Shown in pieces: positions 56,171 to 64,000 of a DNA stretch of 64,000 bases. How positions within the stretch are numbered: the stretch's first letter is position 1; each line of letters begins with the position of its first letter. The DNA is from Planctomycetota bacterium (GTDB taxonomy: Bacteria > Planctomycetota > GCA-002687715 > DRQF01): positions 1 through 64,000 of the forward strand of contig JALTLO010000193.1 of the NCBI GenBank assembly GCA_027001995.1. The letters run 5' to 3'. The notes under the pieces were generated by a model, which did no database searches, was not told the origin of the DNA, and saw only the letters and a program-made list of their open reading frames with translations. The position numbers and the translations under genes were made by a program.

Positions 56171-57319
56171 ATGTCTCGATCAAAACACACCCGTCCGGTG
56201 ACCGCAGTCGATGGCCGCGCCGCCAACGTCATACTCCTCCTCTTGGTAGTGGGCCTTGCCGGTTTCATCCTCTCCGAGCGCATTTGGCCCAAGAAACACC
56301 CTGGCCTCCGCCCCGTAACTCCTCGTGGGGAGTTGGCAGACTGGGAGAAATCGACCATCCAGGTGTTTGACCATGCGGCCCCCAGCGTGGTGGGCGTAAC
56401 CACCTCTCGCTTGGTGAGGCGCCGTATCGACTTCGCTCGCACCCGAGTGGAAACCATCCCCCAAGGGGCGGGCACAGGATTCATCTGGGACGATCTTGGA
56501 CATATCATCACCAACTACCATGTGGTCAAGGGTGGACAGAGTTTTGTCGTCAGCTTTCAGGGCATGCCAAAACCAGTACCAGCGAGAATCGTGGGACTGG
56601 CCGAAGAATACGATTTGGCCGTGCTCAAAGTCGATATGGATATGGAAGACCTCAGCCCCCTGCCTTTGGGAACAAGCCACGATTTGCGGGCTGGCCAAGC
56701 AGTCCTGGCTATCGGCAGCCCCTTTGGCCTCGACCATACTTTGACGACTGGCGTGGTTTCAGCCTTAGGACGACAACTGCAAACAACGGGGCAACGCATC
56801 ATTGAAGATGTCATTCAAACGGATGCAGCGATCAATCCGGGCAACTCCGGTGGCCCTCTCTTAGACAGCGCAGGACGGCTCATTGGCGTCAATACAGCCA
56901 TTGCCTCTGAGACAAAATCCAACGCAGGCGTTGGCTTCGCTATTCCTGTGGACACAGTCAATTGGGTAGTGGCCTCATTGATCAAGCAGGGCAAGATCAC
57001 GCGACCAACCTTAGGGATCAAAGCTCTGGGAACTCGCCACCAATACATCTCCAAGTTCCAGCTCAAGCCGGGGATTCTCGTATTAGAAGCTATGAGTGGG
57101 GGTCCGGCAGCGGCCGCTGGACTTCGAGGAGGCGGCCAAAACGAGCTGGCCGGGGACATCATTACCAAGGTTGATGGCCGACGCATTCGCAACATCCCGG
57201 ACTTACGAGCTATCTTGGAGACCAAAAGAGAAGGACAGCAGGTGGAAGTCGAATTCATCCGCGATGGCCGCGGCGCCAAGACTCAGGTGACCTTGGCTCC
57301 TCCCAACTCTGACGGCTGA
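56171..57319 (+). CDS. HtrA/DegP-family S1C serine protease with one PDZ domain
   Basis: TM anchor, TNYHV, DLAVLKV, IQTDAAINPGNSGGPL and a PDZ domain. Confidence 0.93.
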   Translation: MSRSKHTRPVTAVDGRAANVILLLLVVGLAGFILSERIWPKKHPGLRPVTPRGELADWEKSTIQVFDHAAPSVVGVTTSRLVRRRIDFARTRVETIPQGAGTGFIWDDLGHIITNYHVVKGGQSFVVSFQGMPKPVPARIVGLAEEYDLAVLKVDMDMEDLSPLPLGTSHDLRAGQAVLAIGSPFGLDHTLTTGVVSALGRQLQTTGQRIIEDVIQTDAAINPGNSGGPLLDSAGRLIGVNTAIASETKSNAGVGFAIPVDTVNWVVASLIKQGKITRPTLGIKALGTRHQYISKFQLKPGILVLEAMSGGPAAAAGLRGGGQNELAGDIITKVDGRRIRNIPDLRAILETKREGQQVEVEFIRDGRGAKTQVTLAPPNSDG

Positions 57320-57330
57320 CGTGCAAACAG

Positions 57331-57361
57331 AAAAAGCCCGGAGGGAATCCCTCGGGCTATT
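57331..57361. terminator. Bidirectional terminator hairpin
   Basis: AAAAAGCCCGGAGGG-AAT-CCCTCGGGCT between the convergent protease and rpmB genes. Confidence 0.65.
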
Positions 57362-57383
57362 CTTGTTTGAATTCAGAAGATAC

Positions 57384-57668
57384 TTACTTGGATTTGGCCT
57401 TAGGGGCCTTCACCAAACCAGCTTTCTTCAAAACGCTATACGCACCATCCCGGTTGATGGTTTTCAACGCACGAGTTGTGAGACGTACGGTCACCCAGCG
57501 ATCAAGCTCGGGGACGTAAATCCGTTTCTTCTGAAGATTTGGCTTAAAGACACGGAAGCTGATTCCTGTCGTCTTCAAACCCACACCGCCGTCACGCTTT
57601 GATTTACCGCGACGACTAATACGCTTGCCCGTTTTGGGGCCCGCTCCAGTTATTTGACACTTGGCCAT
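57384..57668 (-). CDS. rpmB: 50S ribosomal protein L28
   Basis: [25 protein letters not shown]. Confidence 0.95.
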   Translation of the reverse strand: MAKCQITGAGPKTGKRISRRGKSKRDGGVGLKTTGISFRVFKPNLQKKRIYVPELDRWVTVRLTTRALKTINRDGAYSVLKKAGLVKAPKAKSK

Positions 57669-57837
57669 GACTTTGCCTCTTTAGTCGGAAATACCGATGG
57701 GCGCGGATCATAGCAAGGAGCAAACTCCCTTCAAGGAGTATCATGAAAAGCGCTAAGTCTTGACACAACAACGTGTTAGCCAGCAATATTCGAGAAAATC
57801 TGAAATGTCGTGGCAACAGGATAGCCTCACTTGACCA

Positions 57838-59241
57838 ATGGACAGCCCTCAAGACACCATTTCCCTCGACGGGATCACACAGATTTTGACAAATCCCAGG
57901 GCCCGCTTGCACTTTGTTGGCATCGCCGGGGCGGGCATGAGTGCCTTAGCGGACTACCGCCTTCAGGGTGAAGGGCGGGTTTCAGGGAGCGACCGATTCT
58001 TCGACCAAGGCACATTCCAAGAAGAAAAAACCAGATTTCAAAAGGCCGGCGCCACCATTTTGCCCCAAGATGGCCGCGGACTGGACGACGTCGATCTCAT
58101 CATCGCCAGCACCGCTGTTGAGGCTCAAATCCCTGATCTGCTGGCAGCCAAGAAACTTGGCATCCCCGTGGCCCACCGGGCCCAACTCTTGGCAGCTCAT
58201 GTGGCAAGCCGCCCCACAGTGGCCATCGCCGGCACCAGCGGAAAATCAACGGTAGTGGCCATGACCTTCGCAGCCTTGGCCGGGGCAGGCGTTGATCCCG
58301 GCACAATTACGGGGGGCGAGCTCCTGGAACTCCAAGGAGGCCTTTGGCGCGGTAACGGTTTCTGCGGCACGGGCCCCCTCGTCGTGGAAGCAGACGAAAG
58401 CGATCGGAGTCTCATACGGTATAGCCCCCAAGTGGCCATGGTTCTAAATCTGCACCGAGATCATGGAGCCTTAGAAGCCATGCTGCCCGTTTTCGCCCAA
58501 TTCTGTGGTCAATCCACTCGAGATGTGATTGTGGCTGAAGACGAGAATTTGGCTTCCTTACGTCCAGGGGCTCTGGTCTTCGGAGTAGGTCCGCAGGCCA
58601 ATTTCCGTGCCACCCACATCACCAGCGACTTAGAAGGCAGCAGCTTTGAAGTTGAGGGCATCTCAGTGCGCGTTCCCATGCCCGGACACCACAACATGCT
58701 CAATGCTGTCGCCGCTATGGCAGCGGGAAAGGTTCTGGGAGTTGATCTCGAACTGGCAGCCCAAGGGATTTCCCAATTCCGCGGGGTTTCCCGACGCTTT
58801 CAGCTCTTGGGCTCAAAAAGTGGAATCGAGGTCATCGACGACTTTGCCCACAACCCCTCCAAGATCCACGCTGCTATGACCGCCGCCAAGAGCCGAGGCA
58901 AAAGGCTCTTCGCTGTATTTCAGCCCCACGGCTTTGGACCAACGAAATACATGCGTCATGACTACGCTGACGCCGCCCAGGCGGTTTTGGGGCCTGATGA
59001 CCAAATGATGCTCCTGGAGATCTTCTACGCCGGGGGCACGGTAACGAAAGACATCTCATCTGGGGATCTTTGTCAGGACTTCTTGGATCGTGGGGTCAAT
59101 GCCTCCTTTTTTCGCCAGCGATCCCACCTGATAGCAGCTCTGGTAAATGCTACCTTAGAGGGCGACACCATCGTCGTCATGGGGGCCAGAGATCCAAGTC
59201 TGGCAGCCTTCGCCCAAGACATTTTCGCAGCGCTTCCTTAG
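57838..59241 (+). CDS. murC: UDP-N-acetylmuramate--L-alanine ligase-like Mur ligase
   Basis: HFVGIAGAGMSALA, GTSGKST, EADESD, GVSRRF, DDFAHNP and FQPH. Confidence 0.85.
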   Translation: MDSPQDTISLDGITQILTNPRARLHFVGIAGAGMSALADYRLQGEGRVSGSDRFFDQGTFQEEKTRFQKAGATILPQDGRGLDDVDLIIASTAVEAQIPDLLAAKKLGIPVAHRAQLLAAHVASRPTVAIAGTSGKSTVVAMTFAALAGAGVDPGTITGGELLELQGGLWRGNGFCGTGPLVVEADESDRSLIRYSPQVAMVLNLHRDHGALEAMLPVFAQFCGQSTRDVIVAEDENLASLRPGALVFGVGPQANFRATHITSDLEGSSFEVEGISVRVPMPGHHNMLNAVAAMAAGKVLGVDLELAAQGISQFRGVSRRFQLLGSKSGIEVIDDFAHNPSKIHAAMTAAKSRGKRLFAVFQPHGFGPTKYMRHDYADAAQAVLGPDDQMMLLEIFYAGGTVTKDISSGDLCQDFLDRGVNASFFRQRSHLIAALVNATLEGDTIVVMGARDPSLAAFAQDIFAALP

Positions 59242-59312
59242 AAGCGAGTCCAATGTGTGTCCTGCGGCCCCATGCAAGCAGAATTTTTCGGCTATCAAAG
59301 GAAGCCAGCCCC

Positions 59313-59984
59313 ATGTCAGATAAATTGCTCAAAACTGTTGAATTGGAAACCGGCGACAATCCCACCTGCGCCGTAATTTGGCTCCATGGCTTAGGGGCTA
59401 GCGGCCACGATTTCCCTCCTATCGTGCCCTATCTCAAAATCGACGACAAAACCCCCTGTCGCTTCGTCTTTCCCCATGCCCCGGAGATTCCTGTTTCCAT
59501 CAATATGGGCATGGTCATGCCGGCCTGGTATGACATCAATGATCTCGATTTAGACAATCGAGCCGACGAAGGTGGCGTCCGGGCCTCTGAAGCTCATGTG
59601 AAAGCCCTGATCGCTCGGGAAGTCGAACGAGGCATCCCCACGTCTAAAATTATCTTGGCAGGATTCTCACAAGGTGGAGTCGTCGCCACCCACACCGCCT
59701 TACGCTTTGATCAAAAACTCGCCGGACTTGTGGCTCTATCCACCTACTTGGTTTGCGGTTCCAGCTTTGAAGCCGAAAGAACCCCTATCAATCAGGATAT
59801 CCCCATCTTCCAAGGACATGGCAAGCAAGACCCCATGGTGCCCTTCGCCCAAGGCCAGAAGCTCTGTTCCGCCATGAAGAATGCCGGATACCAAGTCGAT
59901 TTCCAGTCCTATAACATGCAACACGAAGTAGTCATGGAAGAAATCGCAGCGGTTGGTAACTTTATCAATAGCTGTTTAGACTAG
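59313..59984 (+). CDS. Phospholipase/carboxylesterase (alpha/beta hydrolase)
   Basis: WLHGLG, MPAWYDI, GFSQG, HG..D..VP and M.H.V. Confidence 0.9.
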   Translation: MSDKLLKTVELETGDNPTCAVIWLHGLGASGHDFPPIVPYLKIDDKTPCRFVFPHAPEIPVSINMGMVMPAWYDINDLDLDNRADEGGVRASEAHVKALIAREVERGIPTSKIILAGFSQGGVVATHTALRFDQKLAGLVALSTYLVCGSSFEAERTPINQDIPIFQGHGKQDPMVPFAQGQKLCSAMKNAGYQVDFQSYNMQHEVVMEEIAAVGNFINSCLD

Positions 59985-60047
59985 GAGTGGGCCTGAGCTC
60001 ACCTGTCCGCTGGCGAAAAACTGTTCCTCTTCCGAAGAAAGAACCTC

Positions 60048-60614
60048 ATGGTAAGCGACGACAATCTCATCTGGATCGACCTGGAGATGACTGGGTTAGA
60101 GATCGACCAACGCACTATTATTGAGATCGCTACGATTGTCACCAATGGGGACTTAGAGGTTATTGCCGAAGGCCCAGACTTGGTCATCCACCAACCGGAT
60201 GCCTATTTGGACGCCATGGATGCTTGGAACACAGATCACCACGGTAAGTCCGGCCTGACTCAAGCGGTCAAAGACTCCAAGATCGACATGGCTGATGCGG
60301 AAGAACAAACTCTCAACTTCCTCAAGAAGTATGTACGCAAAGGCATTTCCCCTTTGTGTGGTAACAGTGTCCACAATGACCGTGTCTTCCTCGACAAATT
60401 CATGCCGAAGATCTCTGATTTCGTGCACTACCGCAATATCGACGTCAGCACGATCAAGGAACTCTCCAAGCGCTGGTACGGCGAACAAGTCATGCCTCCT
60501 AAGAAAGGGGCTCACCGTGCCTTGGAGGACATCGTGGAATCCATCGAAGAACTCCGCCACTACCGCGCCACAGTCTTCAAAAAAACCATTGATCAAAAGC
60601 ACACCCAGGACTGA
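60048..60614 (+). CDS. orn: Oligoribonuclease
   Basis: LIWIDLEMTGL, LCGNSV..DR.FL, YRNIDVSTIKEL and HRALEDI.ESI.EL. Confidence 0.95.
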   Translation: MVSDDNLIWIDLEMTGLEIDQRTIIEIATIVTNGDLEVIAEGPDLVIHQPDAYLDAMDAWNTDHHGKSGLTQAVKDSKIDMADAEEQTLNFLKKYVRKGISPLCGNSVHNDRVFLDKFMPKISDFVHYRNIDVSTIKELSKRWYGEQVMPPKKGAHRALEDIVESIEELRHYRATVFKKTIDQKHTQD

Positions 60615-61873
60615 TGACTGAGGCCGCTGATTTCGACATCGTTGTTGTGGGGGCTGGAGCTGCTGGCCTCTTGGCTGCCACAGAAGCCGGAAACCGAGGC
60701 GCCAAGACCCTTCTCTTAGAAAAGAACCACAAAGCCGGTGTCAAGATCTTGGCCAGTGGCGGTAGCCGCTGCAACGTCACCTCTACTCTTCCCATCAAAG
60801 AATTGGGTCAGTGGTTTGGCAAAGCAGGGGGCCGTTTTCTCAAATACGGCCTTCATGAGTTCGGTCCCGACGATACGCGAGCCCTCCTTGCCGAAGAAGG
60901 AGTTGAGACCGCCACCTTCCCCTTAGAAAAGGTCTTCCCTGTCAGTGGTCGTGCCCGCGATGTCCTCGACGCCTTCCTTGCTCGTTTGGCACGAAGCCCG
61001 GCGGAGTTAGCTCTATCAGAAGGGCTCCAAGAAATTGAGCGCTGCGACTCCGGATTCTTGCTGACCACTCCCCGACGCAAGATTGTGGCTACCCGAGTCA
61101 TCATCACTTGCGGCGGAGTTTCCTTTCCCAAAACCGGCACGACCGGAGATGGCTACCCCTGGCTGAGAAAATTAGGTCACAAAATCGTCAACCCCCGGCC
61201 AGCGTTGGTGCCTTTGGTTTGCCAAGATGAGTGGATTCGCGACCTCACGGGCATCGCCATAGAAGATGTGGTCTTATCGGCCATCGGGGAAGGGGGCAAA
61301 GCCCTCTTCAGTCGCAGACGCCCACTTCTTTTTACTCACCGAGGGCTCTCTGGCCCTGGCCCCATGGACCTCTCCAAGCACTTAGAAAATCAAAACTCTA
61401 AGCGGCAATTGCAAATAGACTGGCTTCCAAAACGAAGACTCGATGAGCTCAACATTCTGTTTCGTGAAGCTGCCAAGAAACGGCAGCTCATAGCGAATGT
61501 GATCCCAGGAAGTTTCCCCAAGAGGTTCGTGACGGCTCTCATGGCGCAAGCCCAGATCCCAGAAGACCGAGCTTCTTCTGACCTCACCAAAGCCGAAAGA
61601 TCAGCCTTGGTTTCAACCCTCAAGATGCAACGCATCCTCCCCCACGGGACGGAAGGGTTCGCCAAAGCGGAAGTGACCGCTGGGGGCGTTGAGCTCAGTG
61701 AAGTGTCGCCCAAGACCATGGAATCCAAGATTGTCCCAGGATTACACATCGCTGGGGAAATCCTTGACTTGGACGGTCCTATCGGTGGTTTCAACTTTCA
61801 ATCAGCTTTTAGCACGGGAGTCGTGGCAGGTCGGGCCGCTGCTGCTATGGTAGTCAGGAAGGCAGAAGATTAA
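60614..61873 (+). CDS. HI0933/YhiN(BaiN)-family NAD(P)/FAD-dependent oxidoreductase
   Basis: GAGAAG, KILASGGSRCNVT, LFTHRGLSGP, VTAGGV and GGFNFQ. Confidence 0.92.
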   Translation: MTEAADFDIVVVGAGAAGLLAATEAGNRGAKTLLLEKNHKAGVKILASGGSRCNVTSTLPIKELGQWFGKAGGRFLKYGLHEFGPDDTRALLAEEGVETATFPLEKVFPVSGRARDVLDAFLARLARSPAELALSEGLQEIERCDSGFLLTTPRRKIVATRVIITCGGVSFPKTGTTGDGYPWLRKLGHKIVNPRPALVPLVCQDEWIRDLTGIAIEDVVLSAIGEGGKALFSRRRPLLFTHRGLSGPGPMDLSKHLENQNSKRQLQIDWLPKRRLDELNILFREAAKKRQLIANVIPGSFPKRFVTALMAQAQIPEDRASSDLTKAERSALVSTLKMQRILPHGTEGFAKAEVTAGGVELSEVSPKTMESKIVPGLHIAGEILDLDGPIGGFNFQSAFSTGVVAGRAAAAMVVRKAED

Positions 61874-61948
61874 GTGTCCTGCACGGTGGACGCTCGACCC
61901 CACGCCTTTAAGATAGCAATCAAGATCTAAACGATCGGGAGTCTGGGG

Positions 61949-63640
61949 ATGAGATTACTAAGGTGGATCTGGAAGGTCACACGGCAAGTAGCCGAAAACG
62001 ACTTGCAGAATCACGCTGCCGAGATGGCTTACTTCGCCATGATGGCTGTCTTCCCGTTTTTTCTCCTCTTAACCACGGCCGTCGCCTTCTTACCCATCCC
62101 AGATCTCTTCGGTGAGACTATGATCTTGCTGCAGAAGATCGCACCTGAAGAAGTCATTCGCCTATTAGAAGAAACCATCTTCGAAGTCACCACCATCAAG
62201 AAAACCAACTTGCTGAGTGCCACTTTGATTGTCTGCGTATGGATGAGCTCAGGCGCTATGAGTTCAACAACACGAGGGCTCAACAAGGCCTTCGGCCTCA
62301 AAGACCCACGACACTATGCTCGTTTCTTCGGCCTCAGCCTGCTCATGACATTTATGTTGGGTATGCTCTTAGTCATTGGCATTGTTGTCATTCTCTTAGG
62401 TCCACGCATTGAAGAGTTCGTCTTCAACTATGTCAACTTGGGGGGCATCGGCGAAAGCGCGTTCAAGATCGTGCGCAACCTCATTCCCCTCTTCTTTCTC
62501 TTCGTGGTTCATGCCGGTATCTATTGGCTCTGCCCTGCCATGAAGAAGAAATTTCGTATTTTCTCCCCAGGCACCCTATTTTCAGTCACCTCATGGATTG
62601 TGGTTTCGGTGGGATTCAAGCTCTACCTTGACCAAGTCAATAACTACGACAAGCTCTATGGCAGCTTGGGTGCCGTCATTCTCTGCTTGGTTTGGTTCTA
62701 TATGATGAGCTTCGTGCTCTTGATCGGTGGTCAGATCGACGCCGTGCTCCACCCGGAATACAAAGCAAACCTCAGCGACGCGACGGTGGCCCCGAAAGAA
62801 CCCCTGCCCTGGAAACTGGTGGCAATCAGCGTGGCGATCCTCATTTTAGTCCCCTTGGGTATTAGTAAGTTCTTAACCCCTGCGAGTTTCACTCCCATCG
62901 CCCAAGACGTTGGTGGAGAGATTTCAGATTTGCTGCGAAGAAGTTTGAGAAGCGGGAGCCAACACTATAACCAGTCGAAGCTAACAGCATTCCTTAAGAA
63001 CCACGTTGATGAAAACGGCTTGGTTGAGTTTGCTGCCGTTGCTCAAGACATAGAAACCTTGGATAGCTACATCGCTGACATCGCCAAGGTCAAAATTGAG
63101 ACCCTCACTCCTTCTGACCTACAAGCGCTCTTGATCAACCTCTACAACGCTTCAGCCCTTCGCTTGGTTGCCGTCCAAGAAAAAGGACTGCGATCGATTC
63201 GCGATATCGAAGATGCCTACGACCAAAACGTCGCAACCTTGGCTGGCCACGAAGTATCTCTCCATGACATTCGCGACCGCATTTTGCGCGTCCACTTCGG
63301 TGATGACCCGAGACAACTGTGCGCCCTTTCCAATATGAGCCTGACCGCACCCAAACTTCAGCGCTACGCTTTAGAAGGAATGACCATCGATCAGCAGCTC
63401 AACGACATCTGCCGCGAACTACTTCACCCGCCCTTCACCACGGTGAAAGGAAATACGATTACTTTGCCTTGGGTCTTTGTGAAGTTTCGCCCGAGTTTCG
63501 AAGGGGCCGCGAAAGACAAGAAATTAGAAACCTTCATTCGGCCCTTCGTGAACGAAGAATGCGCTCAAGTCATAGACAGCGACGAAGGTGCAATACTTGA
63601 GTTTCGACCAGCCAATCATCACCTCAACCGAAGGCCATAG
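61949..63640 (+). CDS. YihY/virulence factor BrkB family membrane protein fused to a DUF547-like domain
   Basis: N-half has AAEMAYF..FPF, LN.A, PG and Y..LYGSLGAVI..L.W.Y. C-half has FLKNHVDENGLV, INLYNA and DPR. Confidence 0.8.
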   Translation: MRLLRWIWKVTRQVAENDLQNHAAEMAYFAMMAVFPFFLLLTTAVAFLPIPDLFGETMILLQKIAPEEVIRLLEETIFEVTTIKKTNLLSATLIVCVWMSSGAMSSTTRGLNKAFGLKDPRHYARFFGLSLLMTFMLGMLLVIGIVVILLGPRIEEFVFNYVNLGGIGESAFKIVRNLIPLFFLFVVHAGIYWLCPAMKKKFRIFSPGTLFSVTSWIVVSVGFKLYLDQVNNYDKLYGSLGAVILCLVWFYMMSFVLLIGGQIDAVLHPEYKANLSDATVAPKEPLPWKLVAISVAILILVPLGISKFLTPASFTPIAQDVGGEISDLLRRSLRSGSQHYNQSKLTAFLKNHVDENGLVEFAAVAQDIETLDSYIADIAKVKIETLTPSDLQALLINLYNASALRLVAVQEKGLRSIRDIEDAYDQNVATLAGHEVSLHDIRDRILRVHFGDDPRQLCALSNMSLTAPKLQRYALEGMTIDQQLNDICRELLHPPFTTVKGNTITLPWVFVKFRPSFEGAAKDKKLETFIRPFVNEECAQVIDSDEGAILEFRPANHHLNRRP

Positions 63641-63646
63641 ATACAA

Positions 63647-64000
63647 TTAAAGCCGATACCCGCCGGCAATGTCCAAATTGACACCCGTCACATAACCATC
63701 AAAATCCAGAAGATAGTGCAGTGCATCTTCGATGTCAGACAAACGGCCAGCTCGCCCCAGAGGAATCTCAGCGGGAATGTTTTCCGGTAGATCGACTGAG
63801 TTGTCCAAATGGCCCGGTGAAATCATGTTGACTCGAATACCCTTGGGCGCCAAGGTTTCGGCATAGGTCTTCGTCAGAATATAAAGCCCTGTCTTGCTCA
63901 CTTGGTAGGCCGTGGCATTTTGATGGGGTCGGATAGACTCCAAGCCGGCATAACCAACACTCAGGATCTGCCCGCCAGAATCAGGGCATTGAGCAACAAA
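63647..64000 (-). CDS. SDR family oxidoreductase, C-terminal part (runs off the window)
   Basis: YQVSK catalytic motif, IRVNMISPG, IPLGRAG and YVTG..L.IAGG. Confidence 0.88.
   Translation of the reverse strand, partial: FVAQCPDSGGQILSVGYAGLESIRPHQNATAYQVSKTGLYILTKTYAETLAPKGIRVNMISPGHLDNSVDLPENIPAEIPLGRAGRLSDIEDALHYLLDFDGYVTGVNLDIAGGYRL

Overview
Bacterial chromosomal window, most likely from a Planctomycetota genome (inferred from the protein families present, not proven). The left ~27 kb is accessory: the right end of an IS66 element, a disrupted convergent gene pair, a HipBA-type toxin-antitoxin pair with operator palindromes, a two-gene NorC/NorB-like heme-copper-superfamily operon with non-canonical metal ligands, and an ~18 kb heavy-metal island. 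That island has Czc-like and Cus-like RND systems, each headed by a small Cys-rich ORF, plus YHS-like and His-rich proteins and a K+-channel-like gene. The 27-34 kb region encodes large secreted or surface proteins. At 34-39 kb is a benzoyl-CoA (box) module, boxR-boxC-boxB, without boxA. A REP-like palindrome cluster lies at ~40.3 kb. The rest is mostly core genes: S9/M17/M18/S1C peptidases, hpnH, EF-P-like EfpL plus EVE, gdhA, rpmB, murC-like, orn, a HI0933 flavoprotein, a YihY-DUF547 fusion and a partial SDR. The best candidate for an uncharacterised system is the diheme-cytochrome-c plus NorB-like enzyme at 5999-8196. No rRNA, tRNA or CRISPR array was recognised. All family calls come from motif recognition by eye; no database searches were run.
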